Positions 1 through 12,819 of a DNA stretch of 64,000 bases are shown here, piece by piece. The notes under the pieces were generated by a model that worked only from the letters and a program-made list of their open reading frames with translations, searched no databases and had not been told where the DNA came from. Source of the stretch: Harriotta raleighana (taxonomy: Eukaryota); NCBI GenBank assembly GCA_050575255.1, contig JBNZDD010013687.1, forward strand, positions 475,024 to 539,023. The letters are read 5' to 3'. How positions within the stretch are numbered: the stretch's first letter is position 1; each line of letters opens with the position of its first letter. The translations under genes and the position numbers were made by a program.

Positions 1-2589
1 GGTATTAGGTATTTAAACTACTGTACGTTCATGAAGTTGTATTTTCATGTATTCCTTTTATGTGTACATGTGATAATATAATAAATTTCAAAGCAGAACA
101 GTTGATGGATGGCATTGAAAGGGATGAGAACAATGTCTCAGATCACATGTTTGCTCTGGACCACAAGATTCTTTCCTGTATTTGAGTCAATTTCCCTTTA
201 AAGCACAAGCTTAAGAAAACACTTAACTAAGATTTTGTATTTTAATAATAAAGTATGATGTTGGGTTTTGAAAATAATTTCCCTCCTTGTTTCTGAGCTG
301 AAACAAATATTTTATTTTATTAAGAAAGATTTCCTTGCTGTTTTCCAGCTTTATTTTCACTGCGTAAGCTTCTGTGTTGACTCTTTTGTTATTTTTCTCT
401 TTCCTGCTTTGCTTTTTGAAGGTATTGTTCCACGGTTCCCTATTTCTCCTTGTAGAAATGCAGGAAGGACATGTCAAGGGATATATAATTAGAAAGTCAT
501 TTCAGTGGCAGTGCAAAGTTCAGGAATGTCAAAAGGATCTAAAAAATGCTGACAGTTACAAGTAAAAGTGTCTTCAAGATTCTTGGAAAATCTCTGCCTT
601 GGGAGCCAGTAGTTTTTAAGTGCCTTGAAACTCCACATAATGTTCGCTGGATGAACTTTTGAATGAAATTGGTTGGAAAAAGTCCCCATAGATTAATGGG
701 TTTGCAGGTTTTCTAGCGTCATCCTTTATCCAAGGCACGCTTGCTTCCAAATATAGGAATCTTCATAGATATAGAAATGCCACCATGTAGTAGAATGAGG
801 CAAATGTGGCAAGTGGGTGGAGGAGGAATACTTAGTTGGTACAGGAAATTTAGATCTCGAGTTTATTGCCAGGTAATTCCAACAATACACCAATATACAT
901 CTAAGTCAATACTGACATAAGTTCCTGAAGAGTGCATTTGGCTTGAAAAGTGACAGCGCTGTGAAAGGATAAAAAAAACTAAGCCACCACCAGAACCATT
1001 TTCATTTCTACTCACATAAGCAATCTTTTCTTTGCCTATTTCTCGACATGTAGACAAGAACAATGCCACTCTATTTATCCACAGTTCTGCTCTAAATATC
1101 ATTTGAAGTAGCTGAAATGTGTGAATAAAGGATTTTTAATGCTGCTTTGTGATTGTCTTTTAATGCTTCTGCAAGCCTGGCAAGTTTCTGAGCCACACTC
1201 AGAGCACGAGAGTATTTTCATGCAGTTTAACTAATTTGCAATTTCTAAAATCTTTTGATTTTATTCATTTGGGGACTGTTTATTATTTTGCTCTGCTTTC
1301 CTCATTTACTCCGCTCCCCCAGCTGAGAACCCATGACACTTTGTGCTTGGTAGCCCAAATGAATGCCTCTCTTTTTGATTTGTTTTTATCTGTTCTACCT
1401 CTGCTAAACTTTACAGTAGTTCAAATAAAAAACATAATAACTTGACTAGGTATGATATCGTTCTACACATTTTAGCTCCCTATTGTTTCATTCTCAATGG
1501 GTGGAATTTATGCACAAACATTGACAGATGATCAGTTGTTCTCTGTGTGTCAAAACAATTTCATTCACTGCCAGTTAGGGGTAAGATGTGTTCTTGAGAT
1601 TTAGGAAAAATCAGATTTAACAGATCTAGAAATGGTAAAAAAAAATGATTTGGTGTAGCATTATATTGGAGATTTTCAAGTTAATACCATAACTTTAGCC
1701 AATAAATAGTTAACTCAAATGTGCAAACATTTCACTCCAGCCTTTGTGAGCTTGGCAGCAGAGAGAAGCATTACCACAAAACCACTGCACATGTGGATAG
1801 ATATAATGTCCCAGACTGTGCTATGGCATGAAAGGAAACTGGGAATATTTTAATATGTGCTCTGCTGAGCAGTGCCAGGTAAGCCACGTTCTTGGGCATG
1901 AACACGGGTTAAGAAATTTTAGCTCAGGAAAATTGCACTGGCTTTTAGCTTTCATCATTTTGAACAGGCATCTTTCCTAAGAATGCATTGCATCACTTTA
2001 ATCTAGCATTCGGAGTGTAAAACTGCATTTGTCTGACAGAGCTATTTAGAGCAGGATAGGTAATAAAATAATCTGAAAGAAAGCTTCAGTTATGTTTTTA
2101 TTCTGCTGTACCTTACTTAATTTATTCAGCCAGACATACTTTTCACATTCCTGTCACCTGTTATCGCAAAGCTAAACCACACAGTGCTGCTTCTCACTCA
2201 CCCATGTTTACAGCATGACTGCTTGTTCTGATCTGTTTCTAATTCTTAACAAAAATGTTTGCCCCTGTAGATTTAATCAAAGGGAAGCCAGGCTTTGGTA
2301 TGTGGACCTATCTCACAAATACCTATCTTTGTATTGGTTAAGTGAGAATTTGTGGCGCTGTGGAATTATATCTTTGTTTCCCTCCTGTAATGTTCCTTTG
2401 CTTTATTTTGCCTTGTTGCCAGGAAATGAATCTAATACAGTACAGTACTAATAAAATCAATTGGAGATCTTGAGGGTTCTGGTGGGAGCAATACTAATTT
2501 TACAATAACGCAGTATTTTTTTGCAGTCAGAGATGAAACTTATCTTGGTGCACCTCACTCTATGCTGATTTAAATTAAATGTCTCCACA

Positions 2590-3157
2590 GTAGCCAGGGA
2601 ATAAATGATCAATTTAACTGAAAGATTGTTGTCCTGGACACTGGGAGAAACATCCTCCTTTTAAAAAATGTTGTTCCTTAATCTCCATCTGAACAGGCAG
2701 ATGAGACCTCGGTTTACTGTCTCTTCTGAAGGGTAGCACCTCCAACAAAGCAGAGCTCTTCCCTTCACTCCACCGGGTCTGGCCTCCTCCATGTCCCCCG
2801 AATCCTCCGCTCCACTCTCGCCGGCCGTGCCTTCAGCCACTACGCTCCGAGGCTCTGGAATTCCCTTCCTCACTCCCTCTGCCTCGCCCCCTCTTTTCCC
2901 AGCTTCAGGTCCCAGCTGAAGACCATTCTCTTTGACTGCACCTTTAGTCACCTTTCTACCCCTGGCTCGGTCCCGGAATCCGCTATTGTGAAGACACCAT
3001 CCGGCATGGAGGGCGCTATATAAATCAAAGTTGTTGTAGCTCCCCCAATACTGCATGGCAGTGTTATCTTAGATGATGAGCGACATTGTAACCACAGTAG
3101 GACTTGAACCCACAACCATCAGACTCAGGCGAAAGTGCCGCCAACTGAGCCATTTGC
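2590..3157 (-). mobile_element. Old tRNA-head/Deu-domain SINE (AmnSINE/SacSINE-like) split by an L2-type 3' fragment
   Basis: tRNA-like head with B-box GGTTCAAGTCC at ~3110-3155 (-); Deu-like core (GGAGGTGCTACCC...GAGACAGTAAACCGAGG) at ~2620-2765 (-). Confidence 0.6.
2770..3038 (+). mobile_element. L2-type LINE 3' fragment
   Basis: GCCTTCAGC...CTCTGGAATTCCCTTCC...CTGAAGACC, ending in GGCGCTATATAAAT...(TTG)n. Confidence 0.65.
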
Positions 3158-3397
3158 TGATATTTTGCAAACGTATTTATTTTATACGAAGGAAATTTGA
3201 TGAGTGGTTGATGCACTGAGTGGAAAGGAATATTTTGTTTGTGAAAGAAGGAGTCTCCCAATTAGTATTCTTGGGGAAAGGAATGAACGGCTGTTTTCGT
3301 CCACAAATATACAGTTGTTTTTTCCTGCTCTCCTTCCCCCTACCCTGACCCCTTCCTTTGCCATCTTTTCCCTCTTTCTCCCTTGATCCCACTTCCA

Positions 3398-3588
3398 TGA
3401 CGTTTTGTGGGACACTGCTGTGCGTAATTTGGCTGTCGCATTTTGCCCACAAATATACAGTCAATTTTCCTACTTTCCTTCCCCTGCCCCCTCCATCCCT
3501 GCTCTAAGCACTTTGAGCCGTCGATAAGATGTGGAAAGCGCTATATAAATGTAAGGATTAATATTATTATTATTTATTATTATTATAA
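3398..3588 (+). mobile_element. Deu-type SINE 3' part
   Basis: TGTGGGACACTGCTGTGCG.AATTGGCTG...CCCACAAATATACAGTCAATT...AAGCGCTATATAAATG...(ATT)n, shared with the other copies. Confidence 0.75.
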
Positions 3589-5054
3589 TCGTCAGCAAAG
3601 AAGCACTGAGAAAAATCATTTTTGAATTGAAAACATAAGATAGAACTGTGCATTAGGCGGTCACAATCTGGTAAAGTCAGATTACGTAATACTTTGCCCT
3701 TGAAAAATGCTTTGTGCATAAATCACCAATTGAAAGCAATCTAACAAATTTGGATTTTTAACTCTTGCTTAAGTTCCAGGGATCTTTGCGCTTACTGTAT
3801 ACAAAAAAACAAAAGACCAAATATGGAATAGACCAATGCTCAGGATCATTTCCCTGTAGATTTCCTAAAATGTGCATGTAGCTCTCCATGCCTCTGTAAG
3901 CACGGTGTTGCTATGTTTATATTTCAGCGCTACTGAAACTAGGGCTGTCATCAGTTGCTGAATCCAGCAAGAAATCTCTCCTGGGATTCACTGCACACAT
4001 CTTATCAGGCTGAGTAATGTATCTTTCTCCTTATTTCCTTTGCATTTATTGTGTACACAAAATAATTTGTCAAAAATAGTAATAAAAAAAGGATGTTAAT
4101 TATAGTTTTTTCTAACTTTTTTTTAAAAAAGGTAGGGTTTCCGCTTTCATTTAGCCTGGATGAATTATTCCCAATCCTACTGGAGGCTGAAACCATAGTA
4201 CATTTGTATTCAAAGTATAATCTCATCCTGTGTTTAAAAGAACAGGTCTTGTGGGAGTCAGCGGAAGGGCGCTGGTGGGTACATATAGCTGATGTTTCTC
4301 TGTATTAGTGGTATCAGTTTCCTGCAACAGTACTTGATGATTTCATTTGTAATTTAATATGTTAATTATGGTACTCAAGTCTCTGGAAAAAACACTGGCC
4401 TGTATTTCCTTAAGCATTTTTAAACACAATTTTCTTTCTGCCTATGTAAAGTCTTTCATTCTGTGATTTTCTACTCAATATGGGAAATTGTTCTATGGCA
4501 TCAAGCAAAATTTTGATGAATGAGTTGCAGCCTAGGTGTATTCAGTTTTTCTGAAACGTAACTGCAGTTACCCCAATCCTTATTTTGTGTAAATTGACAC
4601 TATATTTGAAGTATGTCAGCCAATTGATAACACCAGGTGTGCATGAAGGACCTCTTATGTATTTAATTTTCAGTGCATCATATTGTTCTCAGCCCATTCA
4701 AAGGGTCGTTTTTGATGAATACTGGTAAATTATTTCTTGCCCATCTGTAAAGGATATGACAATGTGAATCAGATCTTTGAGCACCATAATGTCACTTGCC
4801 TGCCAAATTACTTTGATAAAAATGATGCACAATGTCCCTTAGCTTATCTTCCTCTACACACAAAGCAAACAAACATTTTTCATAAAGCTGACCCTTATAA
4901 GTTTTTTCCCCCAAACAAATATCACATTTTGTACATTTACAGTACTGTGTTACCAAAACAGTTTTAATTCAAATTTGCTGTTTTAAAATCTCAGTTTAAT
5001 TACTTTAATATATTCTTTACAATTCTACAATTTTCTTTATTATTTAGATTATTA

Positions 5055-5362
5055 ATTCCACTGACAAGTGGATTGGTAACCCGAGGACACTGATTTAAAA
5101 TAAATGTTAAAAGATGTAGAAAGGAAATGAGGAGAATATTTTTTTTTGCAGCGAGTTGTTAAGATCTAGATTGCATTACCTGGAAGGGTGGCGGAAGCCC
5201 ATTTGATAACAAGAAGTAGATAGTTATTTGCAAGGATAAATTGTAGGGCTATGGCGAGAGAGCAGAGAATGGGATTGATTTGGGCAGTTTTTTCAAAGCG
5301 GCAGCACAGACACGATGGGCTGATTGACCTCTTTCAGTGCTGTATAATTCTATGATTGTATG
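5055..5362 (+). mobile_element. CR1 LINE 3' end
   Basis: Decayed homologue of the CR1 ORF2 C-terminus at 48.6-48.9 kb, ending GATGGGCTGA..GACCTCTTTC.GTGCTGTA..ATTCTATGATT. Confidence 0.75.
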
Positions 5363-6470
5363 ATACCATGTGCTTGTGCAATTTATACATTGATGGCCTG
5401 CAGTTTGCATTTTCTGTATTTTAGAAGTGGGCTGCATTGTCATAAGGAAGTAATAACTATTCCAATAAAGAAAGAATCTATGGAGAATAACAATAATAAT
5501 ACTTGCAATTTGATAGTGCTTTTCACGACTTCTAGACAAATTATGAGAGTGGATTATGAAAAGCAAGCCACAACTTTGTCCTCCACAGAAATAAACAGTT
5601 ATAATTCTTATATTTCCTGAATGTCACAACTTTAAGATCAGGACTCTCAGTGGGAATGTAATAATCATTGATAACTGGAAATTTCAGTTGCAGCAGTCTG
5701 AAATTTAGGATCGGTCCTTTCGTCCCACGCTGCTGTGGTATGCAGTTTAAGAACAAAACCAACAAAAGAAAAGGGATAAAGGTCAGCTCATTCAGCAGGG
5801 AAGCTGGGTGTGGGGATCTGCCTGTAATAATGTGCAAAAGATTCCTGCTGGATTCCTGCTGAAAGGTCATCTGCAGGAGTGAAAGACAGAGACTTGGAAT
5901 TTGTTCTGGGTAGCAGCACTTGTACTGAGAGTTGTGGTACTTGAGATTGAACTCAGTGTTCCATCAACATGCTGCTGGTGTAATTACAGCCATATCTCAT
6001 TGCTGGGCTGCAGATGTAACCCTGCCTCCTTCACCTATATGCACTGTCATTAAAGATGATGCTTTCAAAGGCTTATTTACTCTGCAGTTTCATGACAGTG
6101 GGGCTGTATCAGTAGCAGCGTTTTAATTTTTTGCGCCTTTGCTATCAACAAATGCATCCATGTTTAAGTAAACCTTTGATCTGATTTATTTCATGGCGAA
6201 GAGTGCAGTCCCGTGCAGACTGAAATAGAATGAACAGTTGTGGAATGACCCTGAGAATGAATACTTATAGAGTGAGTAAACATGAATCCCCAGCTGGTAA
6301 AAGCTATCAGCAAAAAATGCAATGTAAAATAGTCCTGTGTGATATATAGAGGATGCTTCGTAGGTTCCCACGGAACCCTACATTAATCCTGCAGTGCGCT
6401 ATGAAGTCCATCCTCACAAGTAAGCCAAGTGTAGCGACCAACCTGATTATAGAACAAACTCCTGTATGTT

Positions 6471-6556
6471 GTGGACCCGAAATGTTGACTCACTTTCCTT
6501 TCTCCATAGCTATTGCCCGACCTGCTGAGTGTTCCCAGCGACTTCTGTTTTTGTAT
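6471..6556 (+). mobile_element. Penelope-like terminal-repeat fragment
   Basis: GTGGACCCGAAATGTTGACTCAC...CGACCTGCTGAGTGTTCCCAGCGACTTCTG matches 54092-54173. Confidence 0.6.
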
Positions 6557-6814
6557 TCTGTGAAGGGTTTTGGGATGTCCTTCCGACATGAAAGGCGCTT
6601 TACCAAATTTAAGGATTATTGCTATAATTCTATATTTGCTGTTTCTAATCATAGTTTTTTTTTGAAATGGAAGCGAAGAATGCATTCTGATGTACAGTAG
6701 TAAGGTAGGATGATCCAGGTATAAATGTATGCATCATACCTCCTCTACTTGAATCGAATTATTAAATAGCATTTTTATTTTAAAAAAGGCATTTCATAAT
6801 TAGGGAATGGTTAA

Positions 6815-7127
6815 ATGTGTAGCTCACTGGTTTGAGCACCTGCTTTACAAGCATGAAAGCTGTTTTCGAATCCAGACAGATCAGGGCGAAACCTTGGGCA
6901 AGTTTCCTTACTCCACATGCCTAATAATAACCCATCTCCCAAAAAAACCACAATATTAAAATTGGTCATTTCAATCCATGACTGTTTGTGGGACACTGCT
7001 GTGTGCAATTGGATCTGCATTTCGCCCACAAATATACAGTCAATTCACTTTACAGGATATTCTGTGAAGCGCTTTGAAACATCGATAAGATGTGAAAAGT
7101 GCTATATCAATGCAAGGATTATTATTA
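6815..7127 (+). mobile_element. Full-length tRNA-derived Deu-type SINE
   Basis: A-box TAGCTCACTGG, B-box TTCGAATCC, AAACCTTGGGCAAGTTTCC, conserved 3' body and (ATT)n tail; many copies in the window. Confidence 0.85.
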
Positions 7128-8364
7128 TATTGTGTGTAAAATTGTTACAGAATTATACAAATAATGGTGGTATCAATGAGGCAATTATAACATTTGATAA
7201 AATTTAAGGAAATCAAAGAGATACTCTTTGTGCCATTAACTTAGCAACAAAGAATACCTATTATCACTGGTCTAGTGATAGGGAATGACCTATTATGACA
7301 TTGTTGGCTTAGCACAAACACGCATAGATTTCCCACACCACTTCCAACTGGTGCAGCATTGTACACAGGCAATAATACTATGTAAATACTAAGCACAATG
7401 TTCTACACAACTGGGTTAAAATACCCTTTACATTTGATGTATCACTTTGGACCCCCATGGCTTTTTTAAAGGATAAAAGGAGATCCTTAACAAACTCAAG
7501 AGTTTTATTATCTGTGATTTATTAAAGTGCATTCCATTATGTCAAAACCAGAAACAGCATTGTGTTAAACTATCTTGTGCAAATGTACAATTTCAGAATA
7601 AAGTTTGATGAGCTTTCTTTTTAAATGAGGTTTGTCACCCAAGAGAAGCTAGAAGTGCTTTTTTTGGCCTCTCAGTCAACCTACAATGTTTATATTTTAC
7701 TCCTGGTTTAATTTGGCCAGTTTCTAAATTTTGTCTAAACCAAACCAGATTTGTATGATTAAAAGTGTTCTTTTCCATTTTATCCTGACTGTATGTTGAA
7801 GCTTTTGCACCATTCAATCTGGCCCAACCTCTGAGAAATGTCAAGCTGTTTCTTATTTTCATTTTACATAACAATATTTCCATGGAGACCATCTGATCAT
7901 TACTGTAAAGGACTTGGTGGACTATGTTAAATAAATAAAGGGTCAGAACAATGAAATACCTAGTTATGTTGCATTACATCTCAATACCTGTTTATCGAGT
8001 TCAAGGGTATTGATTGATTACATTATCTCTAAACAAGGATGTTAACTACAATGTGGTAGTCTTAAACTGAGTTATGTGTATTTTACATTTTTCTTGAATA
8101 AATACCAAACTTATTCAGGAAACAATATCACTGAATTGCGCGAGTTCCAATTCTGTGTCCTCAAACGTAGATTGTGGATTACCCTTGAACTCCTGTGTAC
8201 ATTTGAATTGAGCATCTCTTGATTATTCAGCAATTCAGAGCTGTATAATTATCGGAATCTGTATGCAAGTAATAATCTGGCTTCCATCTACTGGGAGATT
8301 CTGTTCTACAATGTAGCACTAGCTGCTTTCTTCACTGGATATGCATCAGTCCGATAAATGATAC

Positions 8365-8440
8365 CAACAACAACAACAACAAAATTACATTTATATAGCG
8401 CCTTTCACGTCGGGAGGATGTCCCAAGGTGCTGAACAGTT
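8365..8440 (-). mobile_element. L2-type 3' tail
   Basis: (CAA)n then ATTACATTTATATAGCGCCTTTCACGTCGGGAGGATGTCCCAAGG, as at 37235 and 45048. Confidence 0.65.
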
Positions 8441-8991
8441 GCTTTCATTCATTCAATAAAACCAAATCTTAAAATAAATTACAGTACTTAAAATTTGGGT
8501 GTTATATGTTCAGAAGATACTTCCAGGTACCAGATTGATAGAAATCAAACTAAAAGCCAATTTTTAAAAACTTTAATTTACCTAACTTGATTATACATGG
8601 CAAATCTTCAATAACTTTATAAATGAGTTGCCTTCTATTTTCTATCCTCTAGCACTCTATATATCAATGTATAATAATATATATGTGTAGTACACTGTAG
8701 ATAAGGATTTTTTAATTTTTTTTGCATAATTGGGGAAATCCCCCCAAAAATGCAGACAATTTGCGTACCTCAACGTAACTTTCTTCATCCACATTTCCTT
8801 TATTGTTAAAGACGTATTATGTTTGAATAACTCAATTGTATTGAAGAGATATGTTTTCATTGATCTTTAAACATTTGCAATCGACCTACACCAATCATGA
8901 AATAGTTATTCATCATTAGATATATTGGAAATTGTGTGAATCATCAGGTATGTTTGAAATCGTGACTGGTATTTCATTTTTTATTTTTTAG

Positions 8992-9568
8992 GTGCAGCCT
9001 TATGGAACTCTAAATCTATCTCAAGTCCAGTTGAATTCCTTGGTGAATGATTGTATCCGGTGGCAAAATCTATTGCAAGTTTCTGAAACTCCAGGATTGG
9101 GGGAGAATGTTTCCTACGCTTCTGATATCTTACTTTCTTCTGGAACGTCACAGTCTTTGTCTGTCTACAATACACCGAGGTTATCAGAATCTACTCTCTC
9201 TCAGCTTCTAGAGGATGCACACAGTCCAAGGCTATCTACAGTTCATAGTACAATGGAAGGGGAGAATGGAAAAATGGGTGAAGAAAAGGAGTACCCTAGT
9301 TACTACCTCAGCAAAGCTCTGGCTAACAGCAGCATTCTGACAGAGAAATACCTGGCAATTTCATCAGCAGATGATGATGAATCGGGAAGAGAGGTGGGAG
9401 AAAAGCAGATGTCTTATGATAATGAAGAGTCCTACTTGACCAGGGCACTTGGGATAAAACAAGTGAAAAAACCCTCTTTCCTGAATGACTTGAACTATTG
9501 CAGTGACACTGATCAAGAGCCAAAAATAGATTCCAACATTCCCATCATTCCACAGCCACTCAACAGAG
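8992..9568 (+). CDS. FSIP1: Fibrous sheath-interacting protein 1, penultimate coding exon
   Basis: Acceptor tttttag| at 8991, 577-nt open frame, donor AG|GTACTA. Motifs LSQVQLNSLVNDCI, PRLSESTLSQLL, YYLSKAL and YLTRALGIKQVKKPSFL resemble the FSIP1 C-terminal region as recalled. FSIP1 is the convergent neighbour of THBS1 in mammals. Confidence 0.85.
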
Positions 9569-10077
9569 GTACTACAATACTCCTTTGTCATGAAGAATCA
9601 CATTTTAATTAAAATAGTTGTTTAATAGTAATGTTTCCCAAAACAAACATGCAAAGATGGGATGATGTTACTCTCATCCTTTAATCAAATTAAATGAGAT
9701 TTCACAAATTTAAAATCAATAATAACAATACTTGTATTTGATATAACATCTTATCATTGTAAATGTTATTGGAAATATTTTCCACTTAAAAAAAATTAAG
9801 AGTCTGGAATTCATGAGAAGAAAAGAATAACCAACAAGATTTAATGTTAAAGCACTGATTGAACTGTTGTTTAGGTTCAGTCTACAATATACGTCCGTGG
9901 TAAAAGTCATTAAGATTATTGGCACAAGTGTCATTTTGTCTTAGTTGCCAGCTCTAAATAAAGTGTGTAAATTGAAGCAGCAGTTCTTTTGGCCTTGCTT
10001 TCTCACATTGGTAAAATATCATCCAACCAACTTTCCAAGTGATGCAACCAGTGGTAATGAGCACACTGATTATAATA

Positions 10078-10292
10078 CTGTAATAATAATCCTTGCATTT
10101 GATATACTATAGCACTTTTCATGTCTTCTAGACGTCTCAAAGAGTTTCACACAATATACTGTAAAGTGAATTGACTGTATATTTGTGGGCGAAACACGGC
10201 AGCCAATTGTGCACAGCAGCGTCCCACAAACAGTCATAGATTGAAATGACCCATTTGTTTTTTTGAGGGATTATTAAGGGGCGTGTGAAGTA
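10078..10292 (-). mobile_element. Deu-type SINE, 5'-truncated
   Basis: Reverse complement of the SINE body seen at 6900-7127. Confidence 0.8.
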
Positions 10293-10538
10293 ATGAAATT
10301 CACGGTCAGTGCCCAAAGTCAGATTGAGATTGTGTTGAATCTCTATTGTGGTCAATAATCTTCAGTGCAGAGGAAAAAAAATTCATTTTTAACTAATAGA
10401 TATTAAAATTTGGGTGTTATGTGTTCAGAAGATACTTCCAGGTACTAGATTAATAGATAAAATTTAACAGTGTTACACTAACAAATTTTCATGAAGCAAT
10501 TTTAATCCAAACAATTGAAATATATTTATTTTCTACAG

Positions 10539-10591
10539 ATGCTGAGAATGCAGCTGACAAGGGTGAAGAAATAAAGGAAGTGGGAGAGTGA
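10539..10591 (+). CDS. FSIP1: FSIP1 last coding exon (DAENAADKGEEIKEVGE*)
   Basis: Acceptor ttttctacag|, phase 1 matching the 9568 donor, TGA at 10589-10591; AATAAA at 10926 and 11073 downstream. Confidence 0.7.
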
Positions 10592-11105
10592 GCAAGTCGG
10601 AGGTAATCAGGAAGGTAGTTCCAGAGGGGCAAAAGAGAGATCATATACAAGATTAACATAGAACCATATCATTAATAATAATCTTTGATGAGCTGTCTCA
10701 AAGCACTTCACAGAATATATTGTACTTTTGTGGGTAAATGAATTTGTCATCTGGGTGTTCAGCTGTCATGCAGTCTTTTTTTCCAGGATTTATAGTGGAG
10801 ATTAAAAACATTTCATCCGAAGGAAATATTCCTTTTCATTTATTTCCTTTTTTTGTTCTATCTAAAAAGATGTTGAGTCTTCTGGAATTGTGGAGATTGA
10901 AACCTTTTGGGTTAGTTATTTATTTAATAAAGTAGGTACACTTAGACTAGATTTGAGTTTTCGACTATCTCAAACAGTGAATACTGGCTACAGCAAATCC
11001 TATGTTTTGATGATCTGTGTTTTACTTGTTTTTAACTTTTTCCAATGACTCAAAGAAAAAGTACACAACTTAAATAAAAATAAATATCTTACTTCACATA
11101 TACTG

Positions 11106-11416
11106 TAATAAAAATCCTTGGATTTGATATAGCACTTTTCACATCTTCTAGATATCTCAAAGCGCTTCACAGAATATTCTGTAGAGTGAATTCACAATAT
11201 ATTTGTGGGTGAAACATGGCAGCCAATTGCACACAGCAGTGTCCCATAAACAGTGGTGGTTTGGAATTACCAATTTATTATTGTGTGTTTTTTTGCTAGG
11301 GATTATTATCAGGCGTGTGGAGAAAGGAAACTTGCTCAAGATTTTGCTCTGCCTGGAATCGAACTCAAGTCTCTCACTTGCAAGGCGAGTTCTCTCACTA
11401 CTGAACTACAGGATTT
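11106..11416 (-). mobile_element. Full-length tRNA-derived Deu-type SINE
   Basis: The - strand reads TCCTGTAGTTCAGTAGTGAGAGAACTCGCCTTGCAAGTGAG...GAGTTCGATTCCAGG, then body and tail. Confidence 0.85.
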
Positions 11417-11479
11417 CACAATGATCCCCAATGTCTGTAGAATGAGCTATGAATGATGATAAGATAGGATTCCAATCTT

Positions 11480-11720
11480 GAGAGTAGGTAGGGGATCTCA
11501 TTGAGGTGCACACATTTTTAATATGGAGCTGAAATAGAAAATTCATTTTTTAGGATGTACCAAGACAGTAGAACAAGCAGCGATAGGTTTAGCATTCTAA
11601 ATGGCATTTTAGGGCAGATACCAGGAAGTTCTTCTTTCCTCGGAGAGGAACCAATGATTGGAAAAGGTTGCAAAGAAAAGTGGACGCATTTAAAAAGCAG
11701 TTTGATGCTGTGAGGAGGGG
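11480..11720 (+). mobile_element. Degenerate CR1-like LINE fragment
   Basis: AGGGGATCTCATTGAGGTG (RGDLIEV-like) ... TTCTTCTTT ... TGG ... GCATTTAAAAAGCAGTTTGAT. Confidence 0.5.
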
Positions 11721-12109
11721 CTCATTTGGAGCTCATAATTTGTTATTATCTTTGAATGGTTAGGTTTTGACAACATTTTATTGTATTATTTACAATGTTA
11801 TTATTTTAGATAACTTTAGTCTATATACTGTAATATTTAATTGATTTATATAGTTCTATTATTACTGTTGTGTCTTCTTTGGCATTCACCCTGTGTTCTG
11901 ACTAGAACAGAATAGGAATCTGAATAAAAAATGATCTGCTGAAGTGGAACAGGCCATATACGAAAGGATTATAAAAGGATTTATATTAGTTGTTTAAACA
12001 TTAATGTGATTTGGTTACAAAATTTTGAATGCTTTAACAATGCAGCACTATGAGGTTCTTCCTCTGAAAAGCTTTGTGTGTAAAATCTAAGTTGGTCACT
12101 TCATTCCTA

Positions 12110-12470
12110 ACAAATGCAAAATTCCAGATGTTGGAAATCTGAAACAAAAACAAAAGTCACTGGGAACACTCAGCGGGTCAGGTAGCATGTGTGGAGAAAT
12201 GAAAGTGAGTCAACATTTCAGGTCCAAAGTCCTTTGTCGGAACTGAGGCATGTTCAGTGGGGGAGACTTTTAACTGACTAATAGGGCGAGGAAAACAAAG
12301 GAGAAAATGGGTAGTGGACAGGGGATGATGGATTAAAGAGGTGTTAATGGTGCAAAACAGATATTGGAGCAGTGTAGGAGACGATGGATGGAGAGCTCTG
12401 AGTGCGAGTTGAAGAAAGTTTAAGTGGCTCCCAGAATTTAGCAAATTCTTGAATTCAGTCTTAACCATAA
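12110..12470 (-). mobile_element. Penelope-like element 3' remnant with decayed hammerhead motif
   Basis: 12110-12246 is the reverse complement of the 54017-54174 family; ORF-end-like KTEFKN peptide at ~12445-12468. Confidence 0.65.
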
Positions 12471-12819
12471 CAATGAGGTTGTATCTATATTTAAGAATTC
12501 TGAAAGCTTCATAGAGTAAATGTAGTCCGAGGTGGAATCTCTCCCATATTTTTCAAATTGTTATACTGTACTTAAAGCTTTAACAAAAAAAGTTACTCTT
12601 TAGTCTCCCACATTTGCCAACAACCACATTATGATTTTATAGCAGACAAAAATGTATTTTTAATTTGAAAAATGGCATTTGGATTTTACACCGAATATTG
12701 TTGTGACAAAAATCGGAAAGTTACTCACAATAAATGAGTGATTAGTTTTTCGGTGTCTTTAGGAAACAGAATGTTTGGCAATCAGTACAACAGGAATGCA
12801 ATCTATAGGCAAGATAGTA

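Noticed and set aside
6896-6906. p53 half-site GGGCAAGTTT in SINE copies
   Set aside because: It is a single half-site that belongs to the SINE consensus, with no partner half-site.
223-8900. Short ORFs in the FSIP1 intron as additional exons or genes
   Set aside because: They show no recognisable domains or coherent splice phases, and many overlap SINE/LINE fragments.
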